Positions 10,133 through 20,436 of a stretch of 64,000 bases of DNA are shown here, piece after piece. The notes beneath the pieces were generated by a model that saw nothing but the letters and a program-made list of their open reading frames with translations, made no database searches and was not told the DNA's origin. Each line of letters starts with the position of its first letter. Positions within the stretch are counted from its first letter, which is position 1. The DNA is from an uncultured Actinomycetota bacterium (GTDB lineage: Bacteria; Actinomycetota; Actinomycetes; CAVWCF01), in the NCBI GenBank assembly GCA_963753435.1, contig CAVWCF010000005.1, forward strand, positions 64,001 to 128,000, given 5' to 3'. A program made the position numbers and the translations under genes.

Positions 10133-11532
10133 GCCGACCCGTACCGGACGTGCTCGCCGTCGTCGGTTCGCGTCAGGCGGCGGTGCAGGTACAGGCCTTC
10201 CAGCGCGAACTCCAAAGCGGCGGCGGCGTGCTGCGGGTCCTCCGCGTCCAGGTCCAGGGCGGCCATTACCCGACCGAGCCCCTCCACTGGGCCGAAAGAA
10301 GCCAGCAGTTGCGCCGCGGTCACCAGGTCACCGGAGTCGATCGTGTCGCCCTCATCGAAGCGCGCCACGATCGGTTCCAGATCCTGGCCGGCCAGGTGGG
10401 ATCGGAAGGTGTCCGCGGTGGCCTGGCGCAGCAGGTGGGCCAGGATCTCCATCTCGCGGCCCTCTTCGGACGGCTCGAACTCCACCTTGCCGCGCAGTGT
10501 CGGCACGATGCCGGCCAAGTCGCTGACGCGCGCAACAGCAGGGGCCTCGCCGGTGATCGCCGAACGGCGCAGCGCTGACGCGGCGATGGTCTCGGCCCCG
10601 GCAACGGCGAATCGCGCCGAAACGCCGGAGCGTTCATCCACCGCGGCGGACTCGCGTACCAAGCGGGTGAAGCGAGCCACAACCTCCAGCAAGTGCGCCG
10701 GTACTTCGGCAACCAGCTCGGCCTCTTGCCGCAGCAGGGCTTCCTCGTCGTGGAGGTCCAAGGGGTAGTGGGTGCGGATCTCGGCGCCGAAACGGTCCTT
10801 CAACGGTGTGATGATGCGACCCCGGTTGGTGTAGTCCTCAGGGTTGGCCGACGCGACCAGCAGTAGGTCCAGGGGCAGGCGCAGCTGGTAGCCGCGAACC
10901 TGGATGTCTCGTTCCTCCAGCACGTTCAGCAGCGCGACCTGGATGCGCTCGGCCAGGTCCGGCAACTCGTTGATGGCGAAGACGCCACGGTTGCTGCGTG
11001 GAACCAGCCCGTAGTGCACGGTCTCCGGGTCGCCCAGCGTTCGGCCCTCGGCCACCTTGATCGGGTCCACGTCACCGACCAGGTCACCTACCGAGGTGTC
11101 CGGGGTGGCCAGCTTCTCGCCGTATCGCTGGGACCGATGGCGCCACGCAACCGGCAAGTTGTCGCCCATCTCGGCCAGCCGCGCGATGCAGGCCGAGCAG
11201 GCGGGGGCGGTTGGGTCGTCGTGGATCTCGCAACCAGCGACAACCGGAGACCACTCGTCCAGCAGCCCGGTCAGGGTACGAATGAGGCGGGTCTTTCCTT
11301 GGCCGCGCTCACCGAGCAGCACGACGTCGTGCCCGGCCAGCAGGGCGCGCTCCAACTCCGGCCGGACGGTGTCGTCGAACCCGACGATGCCGGGGAACGG
11401 GTCGGCGCCGCTACGCAGGCGGTCCAGGAGGTTTCCCTGGATCTCGCTTTTCACGTTTCGGTGTTCGTAGCCGGAATCGCGAAGGGCACCCAGGGTCTGC
11501 GGCAGTTGTGGCGGCGGCACGGGAGACGTCAT
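10129..11532 (-). CDS. AAA+ ATPase, Mg-chelatase ChlI-like (Rv0958-like)
   Basis: Walker A GERGQGKT, INELPDL, ASANPEDY, PLKDRFG. Confidence 0.9.
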   Translation of the reverse strand: MTSPVPPPQLPQTLGALRDSGYEHRNVKSEIQGNLLDRLRSGADPFPGIVGFDDTVRPELERALLAGHDVVLLGERGQGKTRLIRTLTGLLDEWSPVVAGCEIHDDPTAPACSACIARLAEMGDNLPVAWRHRSQRYGEKLATPDTSVGDLVGDVDPIKVAEGRTLGDPETVHYGLVPRSNRGVFAINELPDLAERIQVALLNVLEERDIQVRGYQLRLPLDLLLVASANPEDYTNRGRIITPLKDRFGAEIRTHYPLDLHDEEALLRQEAELVAEVPAHLLEVVARFTRLVRESAAVDERSGVSARFAVAGAETIAASALRRSAITGEAPAVARVSDLAGIVPTLRGKVEFEPSEEGREMEILAHLLRQATADTFRSHLAGQDLEPIVARFDEGDTIDSGDLVTAAQLLASFGPVEGLGRVMAALDLDAEDPQHAAAALEFALEGLYLHRRLTRTDDGEHVRYGSA

Positions 11533-11615
11533 GTCGCGAACCTACGACGTCGCGGCGGTGGATGCTCGCCCGAGACGATGTCTCGGCTGTATGCCGGTTC
11601 GGGGAGGATGCGCGG

Positions 11616-12773
11616 GTGTACCGATGCGGGGCGGGTGCGGCGCGTGGGGACACGCTCGCGCAAGCGGCCGAAGCGGCGATCACCCAGGCCCTGGCGGCGT
11701 TCGGCGATAGGCCGGCGGACCTGCTGTGCGTCTTCCTAGCCGATGAACCGGGCCCGGTCGGCGATGTCTTGGCTGCCGTCGGTCTGGCCGGCCGCGCGGT
11801 GATCGGGGCGGGCGTTCGCGGAGTGCTGGGGCCGGGACTTCAGGGGGCGTCGGGGCCGACCGACCGTCGTGGCTGTGCGGCCTCGGCTTGGGCCCTGAGC
11901 GGCGAAGACTTGTCCGTACGGGTCTTTCACCTGGAGACGATGCGGACCGGAGACAGCCTCGCTGTGCTCGGCCAGCCGCCCACCGGCGACGATGCGACGG
12001 CGATGCTGCTCGTGGCCGACCCGTGGACGTTCCCCGTCGACGGGTTCGTGGCGCAGGTCAGTCAGTCGTGGCCGGGTCTGCCCATGATCGGCGGGCTGGC
12101 TGCCGGAGTGGACGCCGGTTCGGCGCGCCTGGCGGTGGGCGGCGCGGTGGCGGACCGGGGAGCAGTTGGCGCGATCCTCGGCGGCGACGTGTCCGTCGAG
12201 CCGGTTGTCGGCCAGGGCTGCCGACCGGTCGGGCCAGCGGTCACGGTCACCGCCACCGAGGGCGGCCGGGTTACGCAGTTGGCCGGCCGCCCCGCGCCGA
12301 CGGTGCTCCGGGAGGTTCTGGCCGACGAAGGCGGCCGCCCGTTCCTGGGGGTGGCTGATGTGGAGCAACGTGAGGAGCACGCGTTCGGTGGTTTCGTTCT
12401 GCGCAGCATCGTCCGCGTCGATGACGGCGGCCTGCTCGTCAACGACGCGCTCTCGCTGGGCAGCACCGTGCGCTTTCACGTACTGGACGCTGACGTCGCT
12501 GAAGCCGATCTTTGTTCGCTGCTCTGGGAGGTGCGCCAACGGCCTTGGGTCGGCGAATTGGCCGGCGCCCTGGTCGTGTCGGGTTCGGAGCGGGACGAGG
12601 CGTTGTTCAGCGAAGCCGGCCACGACGCGCGACTGGTCAGCCGGCAGTGGGAAACCGACGCGGTGGCCGGGTTCGTCACCGATGGGCCGATCGGACCAAC
12701 TTCGGGCGGCAACTTCGTGCACACCGCCGCGGCCAGCATCCTCGGGGTCGGTACTGGGCCCGGGCCGGGCTGA
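11616..12773 (+). CDS. FIST N/FIST C domain signal transduction protein
   Basis: LVADPWTFPVDG, IGGLA, VGQGCRPVG, VRFHVLD, GPIGP; start moved to GTG 11616 after GGGGAGG. Confidence 0.8.
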   Translation: MYRCGAGAARGDTLAQAAEAAITQALAAFGDRPADLLCVFLADEPGPVGDVLAAVGLAGRAVIGAGVRGVLGPGLQGASGPTDRRGCAASAWALSGEDLSVRVFHLETMRTGDSLAVLGQPPTGDDATAMLLVADPWTFPVDGFVAQVSQSWPGLPMIGGLAAGVDAGSARLAVGGAVADRGAVGAILGGDVSVEPVVGQGCRPVGPAVTVTATEGGRVTQLAGRPAPTVLREVLADEGGRPFLGVADVEQREEHAFGGFVLRSIVRVDDGGLLVNDALSLGSTVRFHVLDADVAEADLCSLLWEVRQRPWVGELAGALVVSGSERDEALFSEAGHDARLVSRQWETDAVAGFVTDGPIGPTSGGNFVHTAAASILGVGTGPGPG

Positions 12774-12780
12774 GTCGGTC

Positions 12781-14340
12781 TCAGGCCGCCGGGGTGTCGG
12801 CCTTCGGGGCGCCCGCGAGGATGTCCTCCCGTGTGCGCAGTCGGATCTCTTTGAGGAACAGGGACAGCCCGAAGGCGAGCAAGCAGACCGGCACCGCGAA
12901 CAGGAACACCTGGCTGAGGCTTTCCACGAACGCGGTGGTCACGCCCGCGCGCACCTCCGGGGGCAACGAGGCGATCACGGCCGGGGATCCGGTGAGCGCG
13001 GACGGATCCAGGTCGGCGGCCACGTCGGCCGGCACGTAGTCGGCCAGGCGCGAGGACAACGACGTGGCCAGGATCGCCCCGAACGCCGCCGTGCCGAACG
13101 AGCCGCCCATCTGCCGGAAGAAGGTGATCGATGACGTGGCCACGCCCATCTGCGACAGGTCGGAGGAGTTCTGCACCGCCAGCACCAGCACCTGGATCAC
13201 GCCACCCAGGCCCATGCCCAGGACCAGCATGCCCAGGGCGACCTGCCAGTAGGGCGACTGCGCGTCCAGCCCGGACAGCAGCCACATACCCAGTGCGGCC
13301 GTCGCCGTTCCCAGGATGGGGAAGATCCGGTAGCGGCCCAATCGGCTGATGAGCCGACCGCTGGTGATGCTCGTGACCAGCAGGCCGAGCATCAACGGCA
13401 GCAGTTGCAGTCCGGCCAGGGTCGGGCTGACACCGCGGGCGATCTGCAGGTAGACCGGCAGGAACACGATCGCACCGAACATCGCGAAGCCGATGACGAA
13501 GCCGACCGCAGAGCCGACCCGGAAGATCGGGTTGCTGAACAGACTCATCGGCAGGATCGGCTCCGGGGTTCGCAACTCCCACCAGACGAACGCGAACAGC
13601 ATTACGACCGCCAGTGCGGCCAAGCCAAGGATCAGCGGTGACGTCCAGTCGTATTGACGACCGCCCCACTGAGTGACCAGCAGGATCGAAACCACGCCAA
13701 CGATCAGGAGTACGGCGCCGACGTAGTCGATGCTGTGCTCGCGACGGGTGTGCGGCAGGTGCAGTTGCGTCACCAGCACGAAGAGGACCAGCGCGCCCAA
13801 CGGCAGGTTCACGTAGAAGATCCACCGCCAGGACAGCGTCTCCACGAAGAAGCCGCCGACGAGCGGCCCCAGGACACTGGCGACGCCGAAGACGGCCCCG
13901 AAGAGCCCCTGGTACCGGCCGCGGTCAGCCGGTGGGATCACGTCGGCGATCACGGCCATGGCCAGGACCATCAACCCGCCGCCACCGAGCCCCTGCACCG
14001 CCCGGGTGAGCACCAGTTGCCACATCTCCTGAGCGGCCCCGGACAGCATCGAGCCGATCAGGAAGATGACCACAGCGGTGATGAGCACGGGTTTGCGCCC
14101 GTAGAGGTCGGAGATCTTGCCCCACAGCGGGGTGGTGGCCGTGGCCGCCAACAGGTACGCGGTCACGACCCACGCCAGCCCGGTGATGCCGCCGAGTTCG
14201 CCGGCGATGGTCGGCAGGGCGGTCGCCACGATCGTCTGGTCCAAGGCGGACAGGAACGTCGTGAGCATCAAGGCGCCGATGACGGTGTAGAGACTTCTGC
14301 CGCTGAGCAGGCTGGACGTTGGCGCCGGCTGAGCGCTCAC
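12781..14340 (-). CDS. DHA2 (EmrB/QacA-type, 14 TM) MFS efflux transporter
   Basis: LDQTIVATALP, WGKISDLYGRK, RAVQGLGGGG, WRWIFYVNLP. Confidence 0.93.
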   Translation of the reverse strand: MSAQPAPTSSLLSGRSLYTVIGALMLTTFLSALDQTIVATALPTIAGELGGITGLAWVVTAYLLAATATTPLWGKISDLYGRKPVLITAVVIFLIGSMLSGAAQEMWQLVLTRAVQGLGGGGLMVLAMAVIADVIPPADRGRYQGLFGAVFGVASVLGPLVGGFFVETLSWRWIFYVNLPLGALVLFVLVTQLHLPHTRREHSIDYVGAVLLIVGVVSILLVTQWGGRQYDWTSPLILGLAALAVVMLFAFVWWELRTPEPILPMSLFSNPIFRVGSAVGFVIGFAMFGAIVFLPVYLQIARGVSPTLAGLQLLPLMLGLLVTSITSGRLISRLGRYRIFPILGTATAALGMWLLSGLDAQSPYWQVALGMLVLGMGLGGVIQVLVLAVQNSSDLSQMGVATSSITFFRQMGGSFGTAAFGAILATSLSSRLADYVPADVAADLDPSALTGSPAVIASLPPEVRAGVTTAFVESLSQVFLFAVPVCLLAFGLSLFLKEIRLRTREDILAGAPKADTPAA

Positions 14341-14801
14341 TTGGACTCCTGTGGTTTGGGGGCCGGGCAGCCGGCATCGGCGGAAAGGTCGTCGGCGAGG
14401 CGGCGCAGTAGCTCACCGAGTTGGTCGCGGTCGGCCGTCGGCCAACTCTCCAGGACTCCGCCGAGGGCGGCACATCGGTTGGCTACCACCGCATCCAACG
14501 CGGCCGCCCCGGAATCGGTGAGCACGAAGCGGATGGCTCGACCGTCGTCGGGGTCGGATTCACGTTGCACGTAGCCCTCTTCCTCCAGCCCACGCAGGTG
14601 CCTGCTGATGGTGGAGAGGTCGAGCAGATGCAGGCCGGCAAGGTCGGATGGCCGCATCGGACCGGCGTGCTGCAGGCTGGACAGCAGCCGGATCGAGGCG
14701 GTGTCGACCGGATCGCGCGACTGGAATCGGCGCGCGTGCACGGCCACGTCGTAGAGGGCCAGGACGAGGGACCGCAGCCCGGAATCAGTTGCTTGTAGCA
14801 C
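14337..14801 (-). CDS. MarR family transcriptional regulator
   Basis: wHTH LDLSTISRHLRGLEEEGYVQRESDPDDGRA; start GTG 14801 or ATG 14813; 4-bp overlap with the MFS gene. Confidence 0.9.
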   Translation of the reverse strand: MLQATDSGLRSLVLALYDVAVHARRFQSRDPVDTASIRLLSSLQHAGPMRPSDLAGLHLLDLSTISRHLRGLEEEGYVQRESDPDDGRAIRFVLTDSGAAALDAVVANRCAALGGVLESWPTADRDQLGELLRRLADDLSADAGCPAPKPQESK

Positions 14802-14809
14802 GCAAGTAA
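14789..14809. promoter_or_regulatory. Putative MarR operator
   Basis: Imperfect inverted repeat TTGCTTG-N7-CAAGTAA overlapping the marR start region. Confidence 0.6.
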
Positions 14810-14841
14810 ACATACACGGGTCTGGCTGCCAGACTCCGACC

Positions 14842-16053
14842 GTGCCCGGGCAACCCACCTTGAAGGACGTGCAGGCCGCCGCCGCCCTGCTGGACGGTGT
14901 GGCCGTCACGACGCCGGTTCAGGAGTCCCGCTGGCTGTCCAAGAAGGTTGGCGGCCGGGTCATCTGCAAGTGCGAGAACCTGCAGCGGACCGGGTCCTTC
15001 AAGATCCGCGGCGCGTACACGCGCATCGCTCGGCTCGACCCGGAGGCCCGGTCCCGTGGGGTGGTCGCGGCTAGCGCCGGCAACCACGCCCAAGGGGTGG
15101 CCCTGGCGGCCCGCCTCCTCGGGGTGGCCTCGACGGTGTTCACCCCGGAGGGCGCATCTCTGCCCAAACTCGCCGCGACCCGGGCCTACGGCGCCGACGT
15201 CCGCGAGGGCGGTGACACCCTGGCTGATGCGCTCGCGGCGGCGGAGGAGTTCGCCGCCAGCACCGGTGCTGAGCTGATCCACCCGTACGACCACCCCGAC
15301 GTTGTTGCTGGTCAGGGCACCGTGGGCCTGGAGTTGCTCGCGCAGGTCCCCCAGGTGCGCACCGTGGTGGTGCCCACCGGCGGCGGCGGGCTGATCGCCG
15401 GGATTGCGCTGGCGGTCAAGGCCCAGGCGCCCGATGTGCGAGTTGTGGGCGTGCAGGCCACGGGAGCGGCTGCGTATCCACTGGCCCTGCGTGCCGGGCG
15501 CCCGATCCGGTTGACGGCCATGGCCACCATGGCCGACGGCATCGCCGTTCCGCTGCCGGGGGCGGTGCCGTTCGAGTTGGTGCGCGACCTGGTCGACGAC
15601 GTCGTGACGGTGTCGGAGGACTCCCTGGCCAAGGCTTTGCTGCTGATGCTCGAACGCGGCAAGTTGGTTGTCGAGCCGGCGGGCGTGGCCGGTGTTGCGG
15701 CGCTGATGGACGCCCCGGACCAGTTCGAGCCGCCGGTTGTGGTGGTGCTGTCCGGCGGCAACGCCGACCCGGTGCTGCTGCAGCGGGTGCTGCTGCAGGG
15801 GATGGCTGCGGCCGGCCGCTTCCTCACCCTCCGCGTCCCGATTCCGGACAGTCCGGGCGCCTTGGCGCACCTGCTGGAGGTCATCGGCGACGCGGGCGGG
15901 AACGTGTCCGAGGTGAACCACCTCCGGCTGGAGCCGTCGCTGGCGGTAAACGAAGTCGAGGTGGCGGTAACTGTCGAAACCCGTGGTCAGGCCCACAGCG
16001 ACCTCTTGCTGGAGCACCTGATCCGCAGTGGATACACAGTCCGGCACAGCTGA
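14842..16053 (+). CDS. ilvA: Threonine ammonia-lyase with C-terminal ACT domain
   Basis: KCENLQRTGSFKIRGA, ASAGNHAQG, GGGGLIAG, SGGN, PDSPGAL. Confidence 0.93.
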   Translation: MPGQPTLKDVQAAAALLDGVAVTTPVQESRWLSKKVGGRVICKCENLQRTGSFKIRGAYTRIARLDPEARSRGVVAASAGNHAQGVALAARLLGVASTVFTPEGASLPKLAATRAYGADVREGGDTLADALAAAEEFAASTGAELIHPYDHPDVVAGQGTVGLELLAQVPQVRTVVVPTGGGGLIAGIALAVKAQAPDVRVVGVQATGAAAYPLALRAGRPIRLTAMATMADGIAVPLPGAVPFELVRDLVDDVVTVSEDSLAKALLLMLERGKLVVEPAGVAGVAALMDAPDQFEPPVVVVLSGGNADPVLLQRVLLQGMAAAGRFLTLRVPIPDSPGALAHLLEVIGDAGGNVSEVNHLRLEPSLAVNEVEVAVTVETRGQAHSDLLLEHLIRSGYTVRHS

Positions 16054-16130
16054 GTAGCCAAGTCGCACCGGGGATCCAGGGTTGTTCGCAGCGGCGGCCC
16101 CGAACTGCTGGGCCTCGTCGAGCTCGGTGG

Positions 16131-16619
16131 TTACCCGGCGAACGGCGTTGCCGACAGGATCTTCACGCGAAGTTCCTTGCCGTTGGGGAGCGTGTATGTG
16201 ACCTCTGCCCCGATCTGCTCGCCCATCACCGCGCCACCCAAGGGTGATTGCGGGGAGTAGACGTCCAACTCGGTGTCCCCGGCCTGCTCGCGCGAACCCA
16301 GGAGGAACTCCTCCTCCTCGCCGTCCAGCCCACCGCCGACGAACTGCACCTTGACGACCATGCCGGCGCCGACGGTGCCGTCCGCGGCCTCCGGTTCGCC
16401 CACCTGCGCGGTCTCGAGCAAGTGCCGCAGGACACGGATGCGGGCCTCGTTCTTGCCCTGCTCCTCTTTGGCTGCGTGGTAACCGCCGTTCTCGCGCAAA
16501 TCGCCCTCTTCGCGCGCGGCCTCGATGCGGCGGGTGATCTCCAACCGGACCGGCCCGGTGCGATCGTCGTACTCCGACTGCAACTTGGCGTAGGCGTCCT
16601 GGGTCAGCCAGGTAGTCAA
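16131..16619 (-). CDS. greA: Transcription elongation factor GreA
   Basis: AREEGDLRENGGYHAAKEEQG and SPQSPLG. Confidence 0.97.
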   Translation of the reverse strand: MTTWLTQDAYAKLQSEYDDRTGPVRLEITRRIEAAREEGDLRENGGYHAAKEEQGKNEARIRVLRHLLETAQVGEPEAADGTVGAGMVVKVQFVGGGLDGEEEEFLLGSREQAGDTELDVYSPQSPLGGAVMGEQIGAEVTYTLPNGKELRVKILSATPFAG

Positions 16620-16649
16620 GACCGTTCTCCCTCGTGCGAAAGATCCAGA

Positions 16650-17063
16650 TTACGCCAATGCGCAGTCAGCGACCTGAGCCACCGATGCCGGCTGGATCGT
16701 CTCGATAACGACCCGCACTGACACGTCGGCGCGGCCGGGTTCGGCCCGCGCCACGGTCGAACCGACAACCGCGGCGCTGCGGTCCAGGGCCACGACGGTG
16801 CAAGTTGCGGCAGCGTCCGCAGGCTTCTGGATCAAGATGTCGGCCTGCAGCTGGGTGTCGGTCAGGGCCTCGTACGCGAGCACCTGGGCGCTGGCCGACG
16901 GCTCTATTCGGGTCCAGATGAAGAAACCGAGCACGCCGGCCACCAGCAACGCGAAGGCCACCCACCGCCAGCCGTTTCCGCGACGCCGGGCGGGGTAGCG
17001 CGCGGCCAACCGCGCCCGCGCGTCTTCAGACCCCGATTCCGCGACCGGGTCGGCTGCGTCCAT
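16650..17063 (-). CDS. DUF4307 family membrane protein
   Basis: ARYP..TM..CTVVALD..VG..C pattern; conserved position beside greA. Confidence 0.8.
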   Translation of the reverse strand: MDAADPVAESGSEDARARLAARYPARRRGNGWRWVAFALLVAGVLGFFIWTRIEPSASAQVLAYEALTDTQLQADILIQKPADAAATCTVVALDRSAAVVGSTVARAEPGRADVSVRVVIETIQPASVAQVADCALA

Positions 17064-17095
17064 GAGCGCAGTGTGGCGGATGACCGCTGTGGGGG

Positions 17096-17338
17096 ATGAT
17101 GGTCAGTGATGAGGAGGGCGATCAGTTGATCTCCGAAATGTTTGCAGTGGTGTTGGCAGAGCCTCCAGACCCGAGCGTGGTCGGGCCCGGTCGGCTGGCA
17201 TTTGCCATCGTCGCCGTGCTGGCCGTGGTCACTGTGGGCTTGTTCTTCTCCATGCAGCGGCACCTGCGCAAGGTGCCGCGGACGTTCGATTCGCCATCCG
17301 ACTCCGTAAAGGAGGACGGCGAGCGAAATCAGGGCTGA
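17096..17338 (+). CDS. Small conserved membrane protein
   Basis: VGPGRLAF-TM-SMQRHLRKVPRTFD, resembling the small gene normally downstream of mca; start may be ATG 17138. Confidence 0.75.
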   Translation: MMVSDEEGDQLISEMFAVVLAEPPDPSVVGPGRLAFAIVAVLAVVTVGLFFSMQRHLRKVPRTFDSPSDSVKEDGERNQG

Positions 17339-20300
17339 CGGGCCCGCTGAACCGGTCGAGCGATCCCGCGTTCAGTGAGAAGTTCCGGCACCTGTTCGGC
17401 GGGTACGGGCTTGCTCAACAAGTAGCCCTGCGCCACTTCAAAGCCCATGGCCCGAAGCGCGGCAGCCTGCTCCTCGGTCTCCACGCCCTCGGCGACGACC
17501 GCCTCCAGATCCATGCCGAGCGCCACCTGCAGCAGGCTGTCGACCATGTGCGCGTCGGCGCCACCCAACGGCAGGGCATGAACCAACTGCGGGGCCAATT
17601 TCAAACCAGTGATCGGCAGGCGGCGCAGGAGTGCCAGCGACGCATGGCCGGAACCGAAGTCGTCCACGTAGACGCCGAAGCCGGCATCGGCCAGGCGACG
17701 CAGGCTTGGCTGGACCAGCTCGGCCTCGGTAGCGAAGGTGGACTCGGACACCTCCAGCAGGATCTGTTCCGGGCCGACTCCGTGGGCCATGGCGGCTGCG
17801 ATCAGGTCGCGAGTGAGGCCGTCGGGGCCCAACTCCTTGGGTCCGAGGTTGATGGCGAGGCGCAGGTGCTCCGCCCCATCCACCACCGCCTGCCATTGCG
17901 CGAACGAGCCGAGGGTCGACTCGATCAGGGCCCGACCCATGGGCACAGCGAGGCGGGTCTCCTCGGCCAGCTCGAGGAACTCGCTGGGCTTCAGGAGGCC
18001 GCGCTGCGGGTGCTCCCATCGGGCCAGCGCTTCGAGGCTCACCACGCGACCGCCGTCGAGGCGAACAGTCGGCTGGAAGTGCGGCACGAATTCGTTGCGG
18101 CTGACGGCGCGGCGCAGGTCGGCGGTCAGTTCCAGTCGGCGGACCGCGGCACGGTGCATTGCCGGTTCGTACCGTCGCGCGGTGCCCTTGCCGTCCGCCT
18201 TGGCCGCGTACAGGGCCAGGTCGGCGTTGCGCAGCAGGTCGGGAACATCGCCGGAGCCGTCGTCCAGCACCACTCCGGCGGAGGCAGCGACCACGACCGA
18301 CTGGCCCCCCGCGAAAGCCGGTTCGGCGCAGGCGGCGACCAGGCGTTGTGCCACCCGCATCGCCTCGGCCTCGCCGGTTAGGTCTTCCAGTAGCACCGCG
18401 AACTCGTCGCCACCGAGGCGGGCGGCGGTGTCCTGCCCGCGCAGGCAGGACGAGATCCGCCCGGCGATTTCGACGATGAGCGCGTCGCCGGCGGCGTGGC
18501 CGAGGGAGTCGTTGACGGTTTTGAAGTCGTCCAGGTCCAGCATGATGACGCCGTTGATGCGCCCGGTGCGGCGAGTGCGGGCCGCAGCTTGATTCATCCG
18601 GTCGGCGAGCAGTTCGCGGTTCGCCAGGCCGGTCAGCGGATCGTGGAAGGCCTGGTGCTGCAACTGTCGGGTCAGTGCGTGGCGTTCGGTCACGTCGTGG
18701 CAGGTGAGGACCAACTCCGGCGACCCCGAGTCGTCCACCCGTGACACGACGACGTGCAGGATCCGGCTCTCGCCGCCGGTGGTGATAGCCCGCACTTCGA
18801 TTTCGCTTGTCGCCCCTTCGCGCGCGGCGCTGAGAACATCGGTGATTTGGCTGCGGTGCTCGTCCGCCAACAGGTCAGCGAACGCGACCCCGGTGACCAT
18901 CCCTGGCGACAGTCCCAGCACCGCTTGTACTGCGGGTGAGGCGTAGGTGAGCCGATCGTCGCTGCCGACGACCGCGATGATGTCGGAGGCCTGCTCGAGC
19001 ATCTGCTCAAGTCGCGCAACGGACTGCTGGTCGACGATCTTGCGGTTGAGGGCGATCCGATCCAGGGCCATGCGGGCGTTCTCGGTGACGCTGCTGATGG
19101 CCGGCACCAACCACGCCTCGGGGACCTCCGGCATGGCCACCACGACGAAAACACCGGGGTCGGTTCCGTCCGTGATCCAGACCGAAAGAAGAACGAGGTC
19201 GGGTGACACCGAGAGTGCGTCGTGGGCGGCACTGGGACCGCGTACGACGCGCTGGCCGCCCACGAAGCCATCGGTCAGGTCGGCGATAACCGCTTGCGAA
19301 AGCACCTGTCCCGACGCGTCGCGAGTGGACGCGGAGACAACCGCGGACTTGCCGGCCGTCTGCAGCAGCCAGACAGGGGCCGGGTGTCCGGCCAACCGGC
19401 TCACCGTTTCCAGCAGGATTGCCGCGATGCCCGCCCGGTCGGGTGCAGCTACCAGCCGGGAGCCCGCTTCGCCAAGCAGTCGCTCGCGGTGCAGCGCGGA
19501 ACCGAACCCGTCGGCAAGTCCGCGTACTCGCCAAATTGCCAAGGTGAATCCGACTCCGACGAGCAGCGTTACGACGACTGCGTGCTGCACGTCATAGGCG
19601 CCGATGGACTCCAGGGCCACGAGCACCGGCAGCAGCACCCCCAGCGACAACAACGCGACGACGCGGCCGATCGAGTGCCGATGCGGTGGGCTGGGGAGTT
19701 GGTGTGGGTCCGGGGGAGCGGTGATGGCGCCGATCGCCACCAAGGCGGTGCCGGTCAGCCAGCCCAGGCCGAGAACCAAGCCGTTTCGGAATTCGCCGCT
19801 GATCACCAACGCCGCATAGGCGGTGTCCGCGAGAAGGTTCATCGCCAACCCGAGCACGACGAGCCGGTAGGGCCGGGCGTTCGGGCCAGCTGTGATGAAC
19901 CACAAGCGGCCCGCGACCGCGAGGATGACCAGGTCGAAGAATGGGTAGATGGCGGCGGTGACCAACTGCGTCGCCTCGACACCGGACCCGGGTACCGCGC
20001 CGCGCAGCAGGAAAGTCCAGGAAATGACCCCGATGGCAACTGCCGCCACGGAGGCGTCTACGGCGTCGGTGCGACCACCCCCACCGACTCCGCGAACGAC
20101 CCGCAGCACGCCGATGAGCAACGCGATGTAGGACAGGAAGTAGATGGCATCGGCCCAGGACGGCTTCGGGAGAATCGAACCGTCCAGAGCGGAGAAGCCC
20201 CACCCGGCAGCGGCGATCGCGGCCAACGTGTAGTGCGTCGAGACCCAGCCCCAGCCACTACGGCTCATCTGATCCTGGGCTCGCTTGGCCGCCCACAGCA

Positions 20301-20436
20301 CTGCCATGCCGGCCAACAGCAGGAGGAGGGCGCGCCCGATCGCCCGGGCGACCGGGACGTCGGTGGAGTAGGCGATGACCGCGGTGGCGATTGAAGCCGC
20401 GCCGTAGGCGCTGGCGACGCGCGCGGTCACCGACAT
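17329..20436 (-). CDS. Membrane-bound PAS-GGDEF-EAL diguanylate cyclase/phosphodiesterase
   Basis: Multi-TM N-terminus, PAS, HDPLTGLANR, RLGGDEF, LEALARW, DDFGSG, AEGVET, QGYLLSKP; RBS AAGGAGG. Confidence 0.95.
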   Translation of the reverse strand: MSVTARVASAYGAASIATAVIAYSTDVPVARAIGRALLLLLAGMAVLWAAKRAQDQMSRSGWGWVSTHYTLAAIAAAGWGFSALDGSILPKPSWADAIYFLSYIALLIGVLRVVRGVGGGGRTDAVDASVAAVAIGVISWTFLLRGAVPGSGVEATQLVTAAIYPFFDLVILAVAGRLWFITAGPNARPYRLVVLGLAMNLLADTAYAALVISGEFRNGLVLGLGWLTGTALVAIGAITAPPDPHQLPSPPHRHSIGRVVALLSLGVLLPVLVALESIGAYDVQHAVVVTLLVGVGFTLAIWRVRGLADGFGSALHRERLLGEAGSRLVAAPDRAGIAAILLETVSRLAGHPAPVWLLQTAGKSAVVSASTRDASGQVLSQAVIADLTDGFVGGQRVVRGPSAAHDALSVSPDLVLLSVWITDGTDPGVFVVVAMPEVPEAWLVPAISSVTENARMALDRIALNRKIVDQQSVARLEQMLEQASDIIAVVGSDDRLTYASPAVQAVLGLSPGMVTGVAFADLLADEHRSQITDVLSAAREGATSEIEVRAITTGGESRILHVVVSRVDDSGSPELVLTCHDVTERHALTRQLQHQAFHDPLTGLANRELLADRMNQAAARTRRTGRINGVIMLDLDDFKTVNDSLGHAAGDALIVEIAGRISSCLRGQDTAARLGGDEFAVLLEDLTGEAEAMRVAQRLVAACAEPAFAGGQSVVVAASAGVVLDDGSGDVPDLLRNADLALYAAKADGKGTARRYEPAMHRAAVRRLELTADLRRAVSRNEFVPHFQPTVRLDGGRVVSLEALARWEHPQRGLLKPSEFLELAEETRLAVPMGRALIESTLGSFAQWQAVVDGAEHLRLAINLGPKELGPDGLTRDLIAAAMAHGVGPEQILLEVSESTFATEAELVQPSLRRLADAGFGVYVDDFGSGHASLALLRRLPITGLKLAPQLVHALPLGGADAHMVDSLLQVALGMDLEAVVAEGVETEEQAAALRAMGFEVAQGYLLSKPVPAEQVPELLTERGIARPVQRARQP

